64,000 nt of DNA from a virus. A program made the translations under genes and the position numbers. Under the pieces are notes generated by a model. It was not told the DNA's origin. It saw only the letters and a program-made list of their open reading frames with translations, and did no database searches. Shown here one piece after another: positions 18,827-28,514 of this stretch (positions within the stretch are counted from its first letter, which is position 1; each line of letters begins with the position of its first letter). The DNA lies in the IMG/VR virus record IMGVR_UViG_3300006162_000012, positions 3,228-67,227 of that record. One strand, written 5' to 3'.

Positions 18827-19537
18827 CTAAACGGGCGGCGGGTAAATGGTGACGGAAGCAGCGCCCATAAACTGCATGGGCCAAGTTACGACTTGCGTCG
18901 TTTGCATGACGGCGTCGACCACCCAACGGCTCTCCCATTGCTGTTCAGCATTCTGGAAAGGCACTTGCCTGGGTTCGTCGGCGTAGAGCGGATCGAAGTT
19001 CAGCGAGACTGCCTCAAGGGCGTTCGTCCCGATCTCCGAGCGGAACAAAGTGCTGATCGTCGCGGCCATGTCAGCGGCGTCGGCGACGTTGGCGCTGTGG
19101 ATGTCCAATTGCATGGTCACCTGGACAGGTTGCGCCAAGGTGATGTTCCCGGCTGCAAGTGTCTGGGGAGCCAAGCTCTGCGCCACGGAAACAACATAGG
19201 AGCCCACTCCGCCAGGCCCGCTGATGATCGTCGTCCCAGCGGCGACATTGATGCCCCAAAGCGTCGAACCGGGGAGGATCGTCCCGAACTGCATCGAGCT
19301 GACAGTCAACGTCGTGCCGGAGATCGAGCCGGTGAAGGCGACGTCAGCCCAAGCGACGAAATTTGTCTCAAGGCGTGATCGCAAGATCGGCGTCATGATG
19401 ATGAAGTCAGTGGACGAAGGCTCGCTTACACGTGAATCCTGACCTTCGATCACCTCGACGCCAGCAGGGACGACCGACAGCAAGAACGAGCGGAGCGCCG
19501 TCTGCAGGCTGGAATTGTTCGGGACCGGGACAGCCAT
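18827..19537 (-). CDS. tail terminator/neck protein
   Basis: GQDSRV.EP, QLDIH, PLYADEPRQ.PF.N.EQQWE.RW; upstream of the sheath gene. Confidence 0.75.
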   Translation of the reverse strand: MAVPVPNNSSLQTALRSFLLSVVPAGVEVIEGQDSRVSEPSSTDFIIMTPILRSRLETNFVAWADVAFTGSISGTTLTVSSMQFGTILPGSTLWGINVAAGTTIISGPGGVGSYVVSVAQSLAPQTLAAGNITLAQPVQVTMQLDIHSANVADAADMAATISTLFRSEIGTNALEAVSLNFDPLYADEPRQVPFQNAEQQWESRWVVDAVMQTTQVVTWPMQFMGAASVTIYPPPV

Positions 19538-19538
19538 C

Positions 19539-19814
19539 TTACTTGTAGTAGGTGACGTTCAGAATTGCGCCAGCCGTCGCCTGAATGAACTGCAAATTGA
19601 CAATGGTGCCGTAATAGAAGATCGGCGTGTCAGTGGTCGCTAGCAACATTCCGACAGTCGCTGTCGGGGCAGTTCCATCATCCCGCCAACGGACGCTCTG
19701 TGCTTCAGCCTTGAAAATTGCGAGCGTCGTGCCTGCCGGGACCGTTAGCGGCGTGGCGGAGGACATGCTCGTCAATTGCTGATAACCGAGCGGAATCCAG
19801 CGAGGGTCGATCAT
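19539..19814 (-). CDS. small beta-rich virion-associated protein
   Basis: 91 aa; VRWRDDGTAPTATVGM; tightly coupled within the neck block. Confidence 0.65.
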   Translation of the reverse strand: MIDPRWIPLGYQQLTSMSSATPLTVPAGTTLAIFKAEAQSVRWRDDGTAPTATVGMLLATTDTPIFYYGTIVNLQFIQATAGAILNVTYYK

Positions 19815-19817
19815 TGA

Positions 19818-20192
19818 TCAGCTTCCGTTTTGTTGGGTGATGACCGCCGAACACCAATCCGGCCATTGCTCTGCGACGAAGGCGACCTTCCAAACCGTCC
19901 CGTCAGGGAGCGTGACCAAGTCCCCGCCCTTGTCGGTCTGGCGGACGAGCCCATTGATCGCGCCGTTGATGTAGAGCTTGCGGCGAGTGCCTTGAATGTT
20001 CATGGCATCCGCTTGCATAATATCGGTATATTGCAGCGCCTGGACTTGCGCTGAGACGACCTGCGCGGCGAGGTAGGCGGGCGAACGCGAGCCGTCTCCG
20101 TTCGTCGTGTATCCATTGCTGACTTGAATGGAAACGCTGATGAATGGATTGATGGCCGCGATCGCGCCCGAGACAACGCCGTGAAGGTTCAC
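19818..20192 (-). CDS. head-closure / head-tail joining protein
   Basis: MNLHG..SGAI..INP, QVQAL, GGDL, EQWPDW motifs. Confidence 0.75.
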   Translation of the reverse strand: MNLHGVVSGAIAAINPFISVSIQVSNGYTTNGDGSRSPAYLAAQVVSAQVQALQYTDIMQADAMNIQGTRRKLYINGAINGLVRQTDKGGDLVTLPDGTVWKVAFVAEQWPDWCSAVITQQNGS

Positions 20193-20193
20193 G

Positions 20194-20802
20194 TCAGTTC
20201 ATTCCATAGACTTCAGTCAAGAAGTGGACGATGTCGGTCGTCGTCGTGACGGCGTTGGCCGTAATGGCGATCCAGATATCGCTCGCTTCCGTGACAGTCA
20301 CCACAGAGCAAGGCACAAGAGCCCCGATCTGCAAGCCAACTTGCGCAGTCTCGTGAATCAATGATTGCTGGTTGAGGACGCCAGTCTTAAAGACGTTTCC
20401 AGACAGCTGATAGGCCGTCGCTAAATTGGTCGTATAAGCGCCAGTGTCAGCGAGCAATGTTCCGCCTGAAACAAGCGAGCCGACGACTGGAGTAGTAGCG
20501 TTCCACCAAATCTTGATGCGCTTGGAGTTGGTGTTAGCGGCGACGTTTCCAGCGGCGACGATGTTCAGGCCGCGCCCAACTTGATCGAGCGATCCGCCAG
20601 GGATCTTGAAGACATCAACCACGTAGTCGCCGTTGATCGTGCTCGGGCTGACGCCGGGGTTTGGCGAATTGCGGTAGATGTTCCCCGCGTCGCGGGCTAC
20701 AGCGGCAGTGGCGATCGGAGCGCCGCCGAAGCGCGTAGCGGTGTCCGGAGGCAGAGCATTGCTGGCAACATCGCCGAGATTGGTGAAAAAGTAAACTGCC
20801 AT
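20194..20802 (-). CDS. hypothetical virion protein, paralogue B
   Basis: aligns along its length with 20804-21415 (RGLNIVAAGNVAANTNSKRIK, GGTLLADTGAYTT). Confidence 0.7.
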   Translation of the reverse strand: MAVYFFTNLGDVASNALPPDTATRFGGAPIATAAVARDAGNIYRNSPNPGVSPSTINGDYVVDVFKIPGGSLDQVGRGLNIVAAGNVAANTNSKRIKIWWNATTPVVGSLVSGGTLLADTGAYTTNLATAYQLSGNVFKTGVLNQQSLIHETAQVGLQIGALVPCSVVTVTEASDIWIAITANAVTTTTDIVHFLTEVYGMN

Positions 20803-20803
20803 G

Positions 20804-21415
20804 TCAATTGGCCCCGTTGATCAGCAATATATTATATATGATATCTGTCGCTGCCGTCGCCGCATTGGCAGTGATGGCGATAATGATCGGAGCGTTTTCA
20901 GGAGCAGTCAAGGCCACAGGGACGATCAGGGAAGAAGCCGCCGCTCCAATCTGGCAATTGACTACGGCGGCTAGCTGCGTGTTCGATCCTGCAGCGCCAT
21001 ATTTGAGCACGTTGGTCTCGAGCGCCCATCCCGCTGCGCCAGTGGTGGTGTAGGCGCCAGTGTCGTTGATGAGCGTTCCGCCGGAGACAACGGAGCCGAC
21101 CACAGCCGAGGTGCAGCCCCAAAACATCTTGATGCGCTTAGAATTAGTGTTGTTGGCCACGCTGCCTTGCGCGACGATGTTGACACCGCGCCGGGCGATG
21201 TCGAAGCTGAGGGCGGGAAGCGTATAGACGCCGACGACGTAATCGCCTGCCGTGCCGCCAGGATTGCGTGAGGCGACAATTTCTCCATAGATCGTTCCGT
21301 CATTACGGATCGTCGCGGCGCTGGCGACGGGAGCTCCGCCGAAGACTGTCGCGGTATCTGACGGCAACGCCGTGCTATTGAGATCGCCGAGCTGGCTGAA
21401 AAGATACGTTCCCAT
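20804..21415 (-). CDS. hypothetical virion protein, paralogue A
   Basis: RGVNIVAQGSVANNTNSKRIK, GGTLINDTGAYTT; tandem duplicate. Confidence 0.7.
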   Translation of the reverse strand: MGTYLFSQLGDLNSTALPSDTATVFGGAPVASAATIRNDGTIYGEIVASRNPGGTAGDYVVGVYTLPALSFDIARRGVNIVAQGSVANNTNSKRIKMFWGCTSAVVGSVVSGGTLINDTGAYTTTGAAGWALETNVLKYGAAGSNTQLAAVVNCQIGAAASSLIVPVALTAPENAPIIIAITANAATAATDIIYNILLINGAN

Positions 21416-21430
21416 AGAGGATTGTCCTTC

Positions 21431-21883
21431 TTATTCTTTGACAATGTGGCTGACAGAATTGCGCATCTGTCCGGTGTCGATGAGGGGCTTATCGAAGCCC
21501 TTCCTTGCGATGGTCGAGGGCGCGAGCGGAGGAGAGACCAACTTGTCGATCGAGTCTTGCAATTGACTTGCGACGCCCTGCCCAACTTCTTCAAGCGTGG
21601 CGCGTGCGTCGAATTCATTCGCCTTCAAGCGATCGGCTATCGCTTTCGGCCAAGATGAGCTCTTCTCCGCGATCATGCGCCGGAAGAACGGGCGCGGCGG
21701 CTGATTGCGCGAAGGCGCGCCGAACTCATTGATCGCCGCGACCATCGGGACGGAAGTGCCGTCCGGATAGGTTTGCCCTTCGAGGAAGCCGACTTGGACT
21801 TCGCTGGCATTGCCGAGCTTGCCAGAGATCGCGTCTAAGGCCCGCCCGAACTTGCCGCCGCCCGAGACTGAGGAAGCCATCAA
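21431..21883 (-). CDS. neck/tail-completion protein
   Basis: VGFLEG.TYPDG, NEFG, PPRPFFR, PPLAPSTI.RKG.DKPLIDTG. Confidence 0.8.
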   Translation of the reverse strand: MMASSVSGGGKFGRALDAISGKLGNASEVQVGFLEGQTYPDGTSVPMVAAINEFGAPSRNQPPRPFFRRMIAEKSSSWPKAIADRLKANEFDARATLEEVGQGVASQLQDSIDKLVSPPLAPSTIARKGFDKPLIDTGQMRNSVSHIVKE

Positions 21884-22311
21884 TAGACTCCGAAGCGCCC
21901 ACCCTGGACCACGGGAGATGGATTGGCGCGGTAACTGAAGCGCCGATAAAGGTTCGTCGCCGCCCAGTAGGCCGCGCCGTACTTGGTTTGGTTCCAGTAC
22001 TGCGCTGTCCCGTCGGGGACTTTCATCTCAAATGAGCCATTCACAGAGCCCTCAGCCCCTGAAGCAAGACGGCCGACAACTTGCGTCGGGGCCTGCCCAT
22101 TGACGCCGAAATTGAGCGCGACGATGTGCGCTGTCGCCATATTGAGCAGCTGGAGCTGGACGCCCGGATCATTGATCGGGCCAGTCCCATCGTTCGCATG
22201 GAACAGCGTCGCTTCATTGAAGCACAATTGGAGCGAGAGGGAGGCGACCGTCGAGAACTCCGGATAGCGCGCCAAGAAAGCCTGGCTGGAGAAAGCGGCG
22301 ATCGCCCCCAT
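21880..22311 (-). CDS. head-tail adaptor (DUF4054-like)
   Basis: F.ARYPEF, AHI..L, VGR..S..EGSV, QTKYGA.YW. Confidence 0.85.
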   Translation of the reverse strand: MGAIAAFSSQAFLARYPEFSTVASLSLQLCFNEATLFHANDGTGPINDPGVQLQLLNMATAHIVALNFGVNGQAPTQVVGRLASGAEGSVNGSFEMKVPDGTAQYWNQTKYGAAYWAATNLYRRFSYRANPSPVVQGGRFGVY

Positions 22312-22312
22312 A

Positions 22313-22750
22313 TCAAGCCGCCTTTTCGGTCACGCGGGAGACGTTCTTGGGCACGCGCGTGTCGCCTGAGGGCGAGAGCGGCTCAAGGCCTGTCTTCTGA
22401 TCGCGGCCCGCCTTAGTTTGAGCCTTGATCTCCTTCATGTCGCCGTGGACGATGACGAGGCCATTCAGAACGAGGTCTGAATCAGCGTTGTCCTTCATCC
22501 ATTGCGCGACGATGTCGGCGTCCACTCCGAAGGTCAAGGCGTAACCGTCGTTGTTCGGAGAAGCAGGATCGTCGCCGCCCGTGACGCCCCGGCGAGGCCC
22601 CTTGATCTCCACACGCTTGTTCGACGCTTGCCAGACTTTTTCGTCACGCATCCCGCCGCCCAAGACAGGGACTTGACGCGTGACGAATTGGCCCGCTCGC
22701 ATGATGATGCCTGGCGGATATTTGCAGGCGACCGTCACTGTTGCAGCCAT
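22313..22750 (-). CDS. hypothetical virion protein downstream of the capsid gene
   Basis: VTVACK.P.G, GYALT.GVDAD, KTGLEPL; position conserved in this head module. Confidence 0.7.
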   Translation of the reverse strand: MAATVTVACKYPPGIIMRAGQFVTRQVPVLGGGMRDEKVWQASNKRVEIKGPRRGVTGGDDPASPNNDGYALTFGVDADIVAQWMKDNADSDLVLNGLVIVHGDMKEIKAQTKAGRDQKTGLEPLSPSGDTRVPKNVSRVTEKAA

Positions 22751-22780
22751 AGTTTTGCGCTCCTCTTTTGAGTACTTGGA

Positions 22781-23872
22781 TCAGACGCCGAGCATCGAGG
22801 CGATCGCCATGGGATAGCGAATGATCGCGCCCCAGGTGCCGCTCGTGATCTTGCGCTTGTAGCTGGAAGTCTTCACCTCCATCTTGTGGCCGCGCATCTT
22901 CTCGGTGAACGAGCAGAACACAGTGTCGTTGCCGTCGATCTTCTTCGCGATCAACTGCACCAAGTTGCCAGCGGCGAGGCCCTGCGGGTTCTGCGCGCTC
23001 GAAGCGCCATACTGCACAGCCGTCTCGACCTTCAGCTTTGGAAAGTTCTGCATCAACAGCTTGTAGACATCGACGCCGAACGAGTTGGTCGCGGTCAGCG
23101 CCACCTTAACGATGGGCGCGAGGGCGAGGATCAATTCATCCTCCTCCTGCACAACGCCGCCGCTCTGGAGGACGAGCTGATAGAACATCGCCTGGATGTC
23201 CGCGTAGATCTCGTTCGCGGTCGCGTTGATGGCCCCAGTCGAAAGGATCCAGCGGACGCCGCCCGCCGCCTTGGTCGAAGGCGTGAGCGAAGCGGGGAGG
23301 CTCGGGTCGTTCAACGCTCCGTAGTTCTGCAGGCCCTGGAGCCCGAAGAAGTAGGAGTAGTTGCCGAAGCGGGCCAAGTTCTCCGCCGAAGCGCGATTGA
23401 CTTCGGACACGTAGTTGATCTTGGTCAGGCCAGCGCGCTCCAATTCGCGTTCACCGTATTCTTCGATGACCTGGAAATGGAACGATTGGCGCTGCGGGAA
23501 GTTCTGGTTGACGCCCGCGCGGCCATTCTCGACGAAGTCGCCGTAAGCCGACGTCTCGCCGGTGGCTTCCACGACGGAGAACATCGCGGTGTCCATCAGC
23601 CAGTCGCCCATCTTGCGCTCGCCGAAGATCTTGGCGGCGGCGACGGGCGCGAAGGCGAAGCGCACGACTTCCGGATCGACGAAGGTCGTGAAGATCATCG
23701 GCAGCGCCGAATTGGGCGAAGAGCCGATGGCCGGCACGGCGTCCATCGCGATCCTGTAGTCACGCTTCATCTCAGGCGTGACGTAGCTCGTGACATCAGG
23801 GAAGACGATGCCGCGAGAAGCGAGGTGGGCGCGGTCAGCGGCCCACTGCGATTGTGCTTCAAACGTGTTCAT
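22781..23872 (-). CDS. major capsid protein (DUF2184-like)
   Basis: GERKMGDW, YGERELERAG, NYGALNDP, GTWGAIIRYP..IA.MLGV. Confidence 0.9.
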   Translation of the reverse strand: MNTFEAQSQWAADRAHLASRGIVFPDVTSYVTPEMKRDYRIAMDAVPAIGSSPNSALPMIFTTFVDPEVVRFAFAPVAAAKIFGERKMGDWLMDTAMFSVVEATGETSAYGDFVENGRAGVNQNFPQRQSFHFQVIEEYGERELERAGLTKINYVSEVNRASAENLARFGNYSYFFGLQGLQNYGALNDPSLPASLTPSTKAAGGVRWILSTGAINATANEIYADIQAMFYQLVLQSGGVVQEEDELILALAPIVKVALTATNSFGVDVYKLLMQNFPKLKVETAVQYGASSAQNPQGLAAGNLVQLIAKKIDGNDTVFCSFTEKMRGHKMEVKTSSYKRKITSGTWGAIIRYPMAIASMLGV

Positions 23873-23888
23873 GATTCAATTACTCCGA

Positions 23889-24839
23889 TCAGCCGAGCGG
23901 CCATGAGGAAATTTTCACCAGTTCGCCGACGCCGCCAGACGACATCGCGAGGAACTTGGTGGCGACGTTCGTGGTCGCGGTGATCGTCGTCGAAGAGACA
24001 ACGGTGTTGTTGTTCACGACGAGCGTGTTGCCGTTCGCGGTGCCGGAGCCAGCGATATAGGCGGTGATGGTCGTGCCAGCCACCACAGAGGTGCCCGAAA
24101 TGACTGCGCCGAGGAGGAACTGGCCCGAAGGCGTCGCGCCAAGGGTGAGCGTGCCATAGGTGCCGGAGACCGTCGTGGAAGCGGCGTTCTGTTCAGCGAT
24201 CGAGACCGAATAGGTGCCGATGCCGTTCGCCGTGCCGGACAGCTGCGAGACGACCTGGTTGCCGGTCGAGATGCCGGTGCCAGAGATCGTCGCGCCGGGA
24301 TAGACCGAGCCCGAGCCGACGGCAGTGACCGTCATAACGTTGCCGATGACCGTCGCGGTGACCGAGAAGGTCGAGGCGGCCACAGCCGACGTAGCGGCGG
24401 TGACGGTGCCTGCAGCCGACAGGCCGGTGGCGAAGCTCGCCGCGCCCGAAGCCAAAGCGGCGTAGGCATATTGCCCAGCTTGGCAATAGGTCGCGCCCTC
24501 GTTCTTCACCCAGAAGTCGCCTTCCGAGAATAGCGGAACCATGAAGCCCGAAGGAATGAGCTGCGTTGAGTCCGAAAGAAACGTCGTGTTCAATCCCTGG
24601 AGCGCGCGGCCAACAAAGCCGCCGACCGCGCCAGCGCCGAACGAGTTGACGATGATCGGAGCATTGTCCGGATCGATCAGCGACGAAAGCAACCAGCCGA
24701 AACGGCCAACCGTCACGCCTGCCGAACCGGCGATGAGTCCGCCAGGGCCAGCATTGACCGTGACGCGGGGATTGTGGCTCGCGAAGTCGCCCGCGACGGC
24801 GACGCCCGGAAGCGTGTTGACCAAAGTCTGGAAAGGCAT
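23889..24839 (-). CDS. head decoration/cement protein with inserted repeats
   Basis: FQT.VN..PG.AVAGDFASHNP, GVTVGRF.W, GDFW, GELVKISS; lies between scaffold and capsid genes. Confidence 0.8.
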   Translation of the reverse strand: MPFQTLVNTLPGVAVAGDFASHNPRVTVNAGPGGLIAGSAGVTVGRFGWLLSSLIDPDNAPIIVNSFGAGAVGGFVGRALQGLNTTFLSDSTQLIPSGFMVPLFSEGDFWVKNEGATYCQAGQYAYAALASGAASFATGLSAAGTVTAATSAVAASTFSVTATVIGNVMTVTAVGSGSVYPGATISGTGISTGNQVVSQLSGTANGIGTYSVSIAEQNAASTTVSGTYGTLTLGATPSGQFLLGAVISGTSVVAGTTITAYIAGSGTANGNTLVVNNNTVVSSTTITATTNVATKFLAMSSGGVGELVKISSWPLG

Positions 24840-24863
24840 GATGAAGTGTCCTTTTGTGAGATG

Positions 24864-26390
24864 TTACGCGACGCCGATGCGGGCGGCATCGGGGAAGCGC
24901 GTCAGGAAGTCATCCGACGGAGCGGCGTCAGCCGCCAGCGTCGCGTTGTCGCGCTTGCGGGCGGAAATGGTCGGGTGCATCGAGATGAGCGTCGTGAGGG
25001 CGCTGGCATGGACCTTTTCAGCGTTCTTGACGCCAAGGATCTTCAACGCGGCGCGGTGGACCTGTTCGGCGCTGTCGCAAGCGATGGCGATCTCACCGAC
25101 GTAGGGAGCGACGAATCGTTCAGCCTCGCGCAGCTCGCGCTGCTCCTTGCGGACGTTCGCGATGGCCGCGTCCATGGCGCCCTTCGTGATGCTCTCGCCC
25201 TTCTCGCCACCGCCCTTGGAGTCTTTGTCGTCCTCTTCGGCGTCCTTGGCGGCTTTGTCCTTAGCTGCCTTGTCTTTGGCGCGCTTGTCGGCCTTGACGG
25301 CTGATTGCTTCTTCTTTTCCGCTTCCTTTTCTCCAGCGGAGGCCTTCTCGTCGTCGAGGTCTTCCTCAGCGGCGTCTTCGGCGTCGTCTTCGTCCTTCTT
25401 CTTTTTGTCGTTGTCGTCGTCCCAGTCGTCTTCCGCCGTGTCGTCATCTTCCATGGCGTCGAGCGACTTGGTCAGATCATCAATCTTGGCGTCTTTCGCC
25501 AGCTTGCCGTCGAGCTCCTTGCGGAGTTCGGCGAAGACACTGACCTTCGATTCCTTGAAATTCTTGAAATCGAGCTTCGAGACGATCGGATCGAGATCGA
25601 TGGAGGCATCTGCGGCCATCTTAGGACGCAGGTAGGCCAAGAGCGCGCCCTTGGAAACGGCGGCCTTGCGGCTCAGCACGATGCTGGACATTCGGTTTTT
25701 CTCCTTTTGAACACTTGTGGGTTTCAATGCTTCATCTCCGACCATCGCCCCGATGACGCGTCCTTGCGACACGAGGGCGACGTGGTTGGCTTCAATTTCC
25801 GTCATGCGCCCGTCATAGCGCACGCCGTTGTAGGTTCCCGCTTCCATCACAGGCACATAGCGATAGCCTGCTGAAAGGTCTTTCTGCTCGCCCGACTCGA
25901 TGGCTGCGATCGCCTTTGCGTCCCAGATGGTCAACTCCGCCTTGACGTTCGGGTTGTCCCATTCGGGATTATTGACCGATCCGACGACGATCGACTTATC
26001 ATGATCGCCCGCGACCTGTGGCCGATGGACGATCAACAGCGGCTTGCCGTGGAAGGTCTTGGCGGCCTTCTCCAGCTCGACCGGATCGCGCAGCAATGCA
26101 TAACGCTGCTCCGGGGCGAGACCGAGCCTTTCATAGTCGGGGATCTCCCGGCCTAGATAATCGTTGACTTGGGCTGCAGAGATGATTGACGACGCGATGT
26201 GCATGTGCCCATCTGAGTCAACCGTTCGCAGTGATCCACGATCAAAGGCCAGAACGTCCCCGCCATAGCCGTTGGCGTAAGCGGCTTGGGCCTGCTTTTC
26301 GGCGTCGGCGCGGGAGGCGTAGCACTTGCCGGAGTCGCCCCACTGCCAGCCTTGGCCGCCTGATGGTAGGGTGCACTCTTTGATCGGCAT
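24864..26390 (-). CDS. prohead protease/scaffold (DUF2213-like)
   Basis: DSDGHMH, YLGREIP, LSAGYRY, NHVALV..GR; acidic/charged scaffold C-terminus. Confidence 0.9.
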   Translation of the reverse strand: MPIKECTLPSGGQGWQWGDSGKCYASRADAEKQAQAAYANGYGGDVLAFDRGSLRTVDSDGHMHIASSIISAAQVNDYLGREIPDYERLGLAPEQRYALLRDPVELEKAAKTFHGKPLLIVHRPQVAGDHDKSIVVGSVNNPEWDNPNVKAELTIWDAKAIAAIESGEQKDLSAGYRYVPVMEAGTYNGVRYDGRMTEIEANHVALVSQGRVIGAMVGDEALKPTSVQKEKNRMSSIVLSRKAAVSKGALLAYLRPKMAADASIDLDPIVSKLDFKNFKESKVSVFAELRKELDGKLAKDAKIDDLTKSLDAMEDDDTAEDDWDDDNDKKKKDEDDAEDAAEEDLDDEKASAGEKEAEKKKQSAVKADKRAKDKAAKDKAAKDAEEDDKDSKGGGEKGESITKGAMDAAIANVRKEQRELREAERFVAPYVGEIAIACDSAEQVHRAALKILGVKNAEKVHASALTTLISMHPTISARKRDNATLAADAAPSDDFLTRFPDAARIGVA

Positions 26391-26412
26391 CGCCTGTCAC
26401 CTCTTCGCATGG

Positions 26413-26691
26413 CTAGAATTGAGCTTGGTTCACGAGAAATAAATCCACGACCGTGACTTGAACGGCACCCGTCCCAATCCACTCATATTGATGGACCCCG
26501 ACTTGCACTGCTGAAAACAAGGCGCTGTAGTTTCCCGTCGTTCCAGGAACGATCGTTCCTGAGAGATCAGTGATGACGTAATCCGGCGTTTGAACGCGCA
26601 AGGTGACAGTCGTGGGAGCCATCGGGACGCCCGCATTATTCGTGAACGCCACAGAGAGCGTCAAGAGATCGCCCGCTGTGTAGGTGTTCAT
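26413..26691 (-). CDS. small Ig-like beta protein
   Basis: 92 aa; alternating beta pattern, TGNY.A, G.HQYEW.GTG. Confidence 0.65.
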   Translation of the reverse strand: MNTYTAGDLLTLSVAFTNNAGVPMAPTTVTLRVQTPDYVITDLSGTIVPGTTGNYSALFSAVQVGVHQYEWIGTGAVQVTVVDLFLVNQAQF

Positions 26692-28490
26692 TGCGCATTG
26701 CTCACTTTGGCTGTCCAGGTCAAGACGTTATTGGCGATGGCGATGAAGTTCGCCGAGTTCCCTGCCCGAGCGAAGCCCGGAGTGGGCGTCGAGAGCGGCA
26801 ACAGCAGCAATCCGCTTTGCGTCGCGCGCGTCCAAATCTGCACGCTGTAATCGCCGGGGTTGTCCCTACGGATCAGCGCGACGAACGGGACCGGCGCGCC
26901 CAACGAGGCGACCAGCGGCTTGTTGAGGCCGACGGGCGCGCCGGTCCAAAGCGTCTCCGGCGTCAGGCCCGAAAGCCAGAACTTCGGGGCGAACGGCGTC
27001 CGCGTAATCAGCGGAAGGTTCGTCCCGAACGCGGGGGACCACGTAGGATCGGCAGCGACGTCCTGCCGCCACAACCGCCCAGGGACCGGCGAGATCGCCG
27101 CCAGAAGGGCGTTTGCGCCAATCGTCGGGCGCCAGAACGCGGCGTCATCCGGCGTGACGATGAAACGCGATGTCGGCGTCGCCAGCGGCTTGCCGCCGCC
27201 CGTCAAGATCGGAATGACCAACGAGCCCGAAGGCGTCCCCAACCAAACCGGGTCAGGAGTGTGGTCCGCGCGCATCCAGTTTTGCTGGAAGGGCGTAGGA
27301 ACGCCTAGCGTGGCCAGGAGCGCCCGATTCACGACCGGCGAGGCGGTGAACCAGGCCGGATCAGGGACGACGTCCCCGCGCCAGAAGCGCGGGTTAGGCT
27401 GACCGCCCGTCGCCAGCTTGAGGATCAGGTTGGCCGAAAGCGGAGAGCCAGACCAATTCGGATCAGGCGTATGATCGAGCTTCCATGTCGGCATGCGCGA
27501 CGTTGGCGAGAACGACAACATCGCGAGCGAACGCGCCGCCGAAGGCCCGCTGTGCCAATCCGGCTCCGGTGAAAAATCAACACGGCGCATCGGAGCGAAG
27601 AATGGATTGACCGACGCAGCGGCGTGAAGCATCGCCGGAGACGCAAACGAAGCGCCAGACCAGAAATCCGCCTCTACGCCACGCGGCGCATAGAAAGTCG
27701 CGCCGGGGATCGTTTGCGCCGTTTGCGAACTGTTTAGAATCGCCAGCGACGCGCTCGACTGACCGCGCCAATACGGATCGTCGTTGAACGCCGCTAGGGC
27801 GTTCCAGTTCGGAGCCTGATACGCATAGAGAGCCGAAACATATTGCAACGCATTGAACGACGAGGTCGGCGCGGCATACCAAGGATCGACGTCAAAACCT
27901 CGCGGCGTGTAGAATGGCGCGCGCGGCGTCGATTGCGCCGGAGCGGACATGATCGCCGCAGAGGGCGCGCCGGTCCAAACCGAATCGTCGGCGGCGCGCA
28001 CAAAGGCGAATGCTGGTTTGAACGGCGCTTGCGTTCCCGGCGCGAGCAACGCGGAATTGCGCGAAGCGACGCCGGACCATGTCGCATCGACTTGAGCGTC
28101 GATGCTCCATTTGCGCGGCGTAAAGGGATTTCCGCCGACCACAAGCTGCCTCAACGTTCCGGCGTTGACCGGAGCGCCCTGCCAATCTGGGTCAGGCGCG
28201 TAATTGTTGCGCCAGAATTTCGGAACGAACGGCGAAGCGCTGAGCAGCGCGAGCGTCCGAGCGCCAGCGACCGTGTTCGACCACGCGATTTCTTCTACGC
28301 CGCGTGGCGCATAAAAATTGGACGTCAGTTGATTCGCCGGAGTTAAGGTCGCGCCCAACGCGACAGACATCGCGATTGACGAACCATTCCAGCCGATTTC
28401 GTCCGTCCCGCGCGGCGCATAGAACGGAGCGCGAGCCCCGGTGCTGTATGTGCCGGGGAGATTGACGTTTTGCAGAAGGGCTAGAAGCAT
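26688..28490 (-). CDS. periodic Pro/Trp repeat protein
   Basis: about 16 degenerate ~34-aa repeats (PF.P..W....PDP.W.G.P). Confidence 0.75.
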   Translation of the reverse strand: MLLALLQNVNLPGTYSTGARAPFYAPRGTDEIGWNGSSIAMSVALGATLTPANQLTSNFYAPRGVEEIAWSNTVAGARTLALLSASPFVPKFWRNNYAPDPDWQGAPVNAGTLRQLVVGGNPFTPRKWSIDAQVDATWSGVASRNSALLAPGTQAPFKPAFAFVRAADDSVWTGAPSAAIMSAPAQSTPRAPFYTPRGFDVDPWYAAPTSSFNALQYVSALYAYQAPNWNALAAFNDDPYWRGQSSASLAILNSSQTAQTIPGATFYAPRGVEADFWSGASFASPAMLHAAASVNPFFAPMRRVDFSPEPDWHSGPSAARSLAMLSFSPTSRMPTWKLDHTPDPNWSGSPLSANLILKLATGGQPNPRFWRGDVVPDPAWFTASPVVNRALLATLGVPTPFQQNWMRADHTPDPVWLGTPSGSLVIPILTGGGKPLATPTSRFIVTPDDAAFWRPTIGANALLAAISPVPGRLWRQDVAADPTWSPAFGTNLPLITRTPFAPKFWLSGLTPETLWTGAPVGLNKPLVASLGAPVPFVALIRRDNPGDYSVQIWTRATQSGLLLLPLSTPTPGFARAGNSANFIAIANNVLTWTAKVSNAQ

Positions 28491-28514
28491 CGCCCTAGCC
28501 CTTCGTTATGAGCA

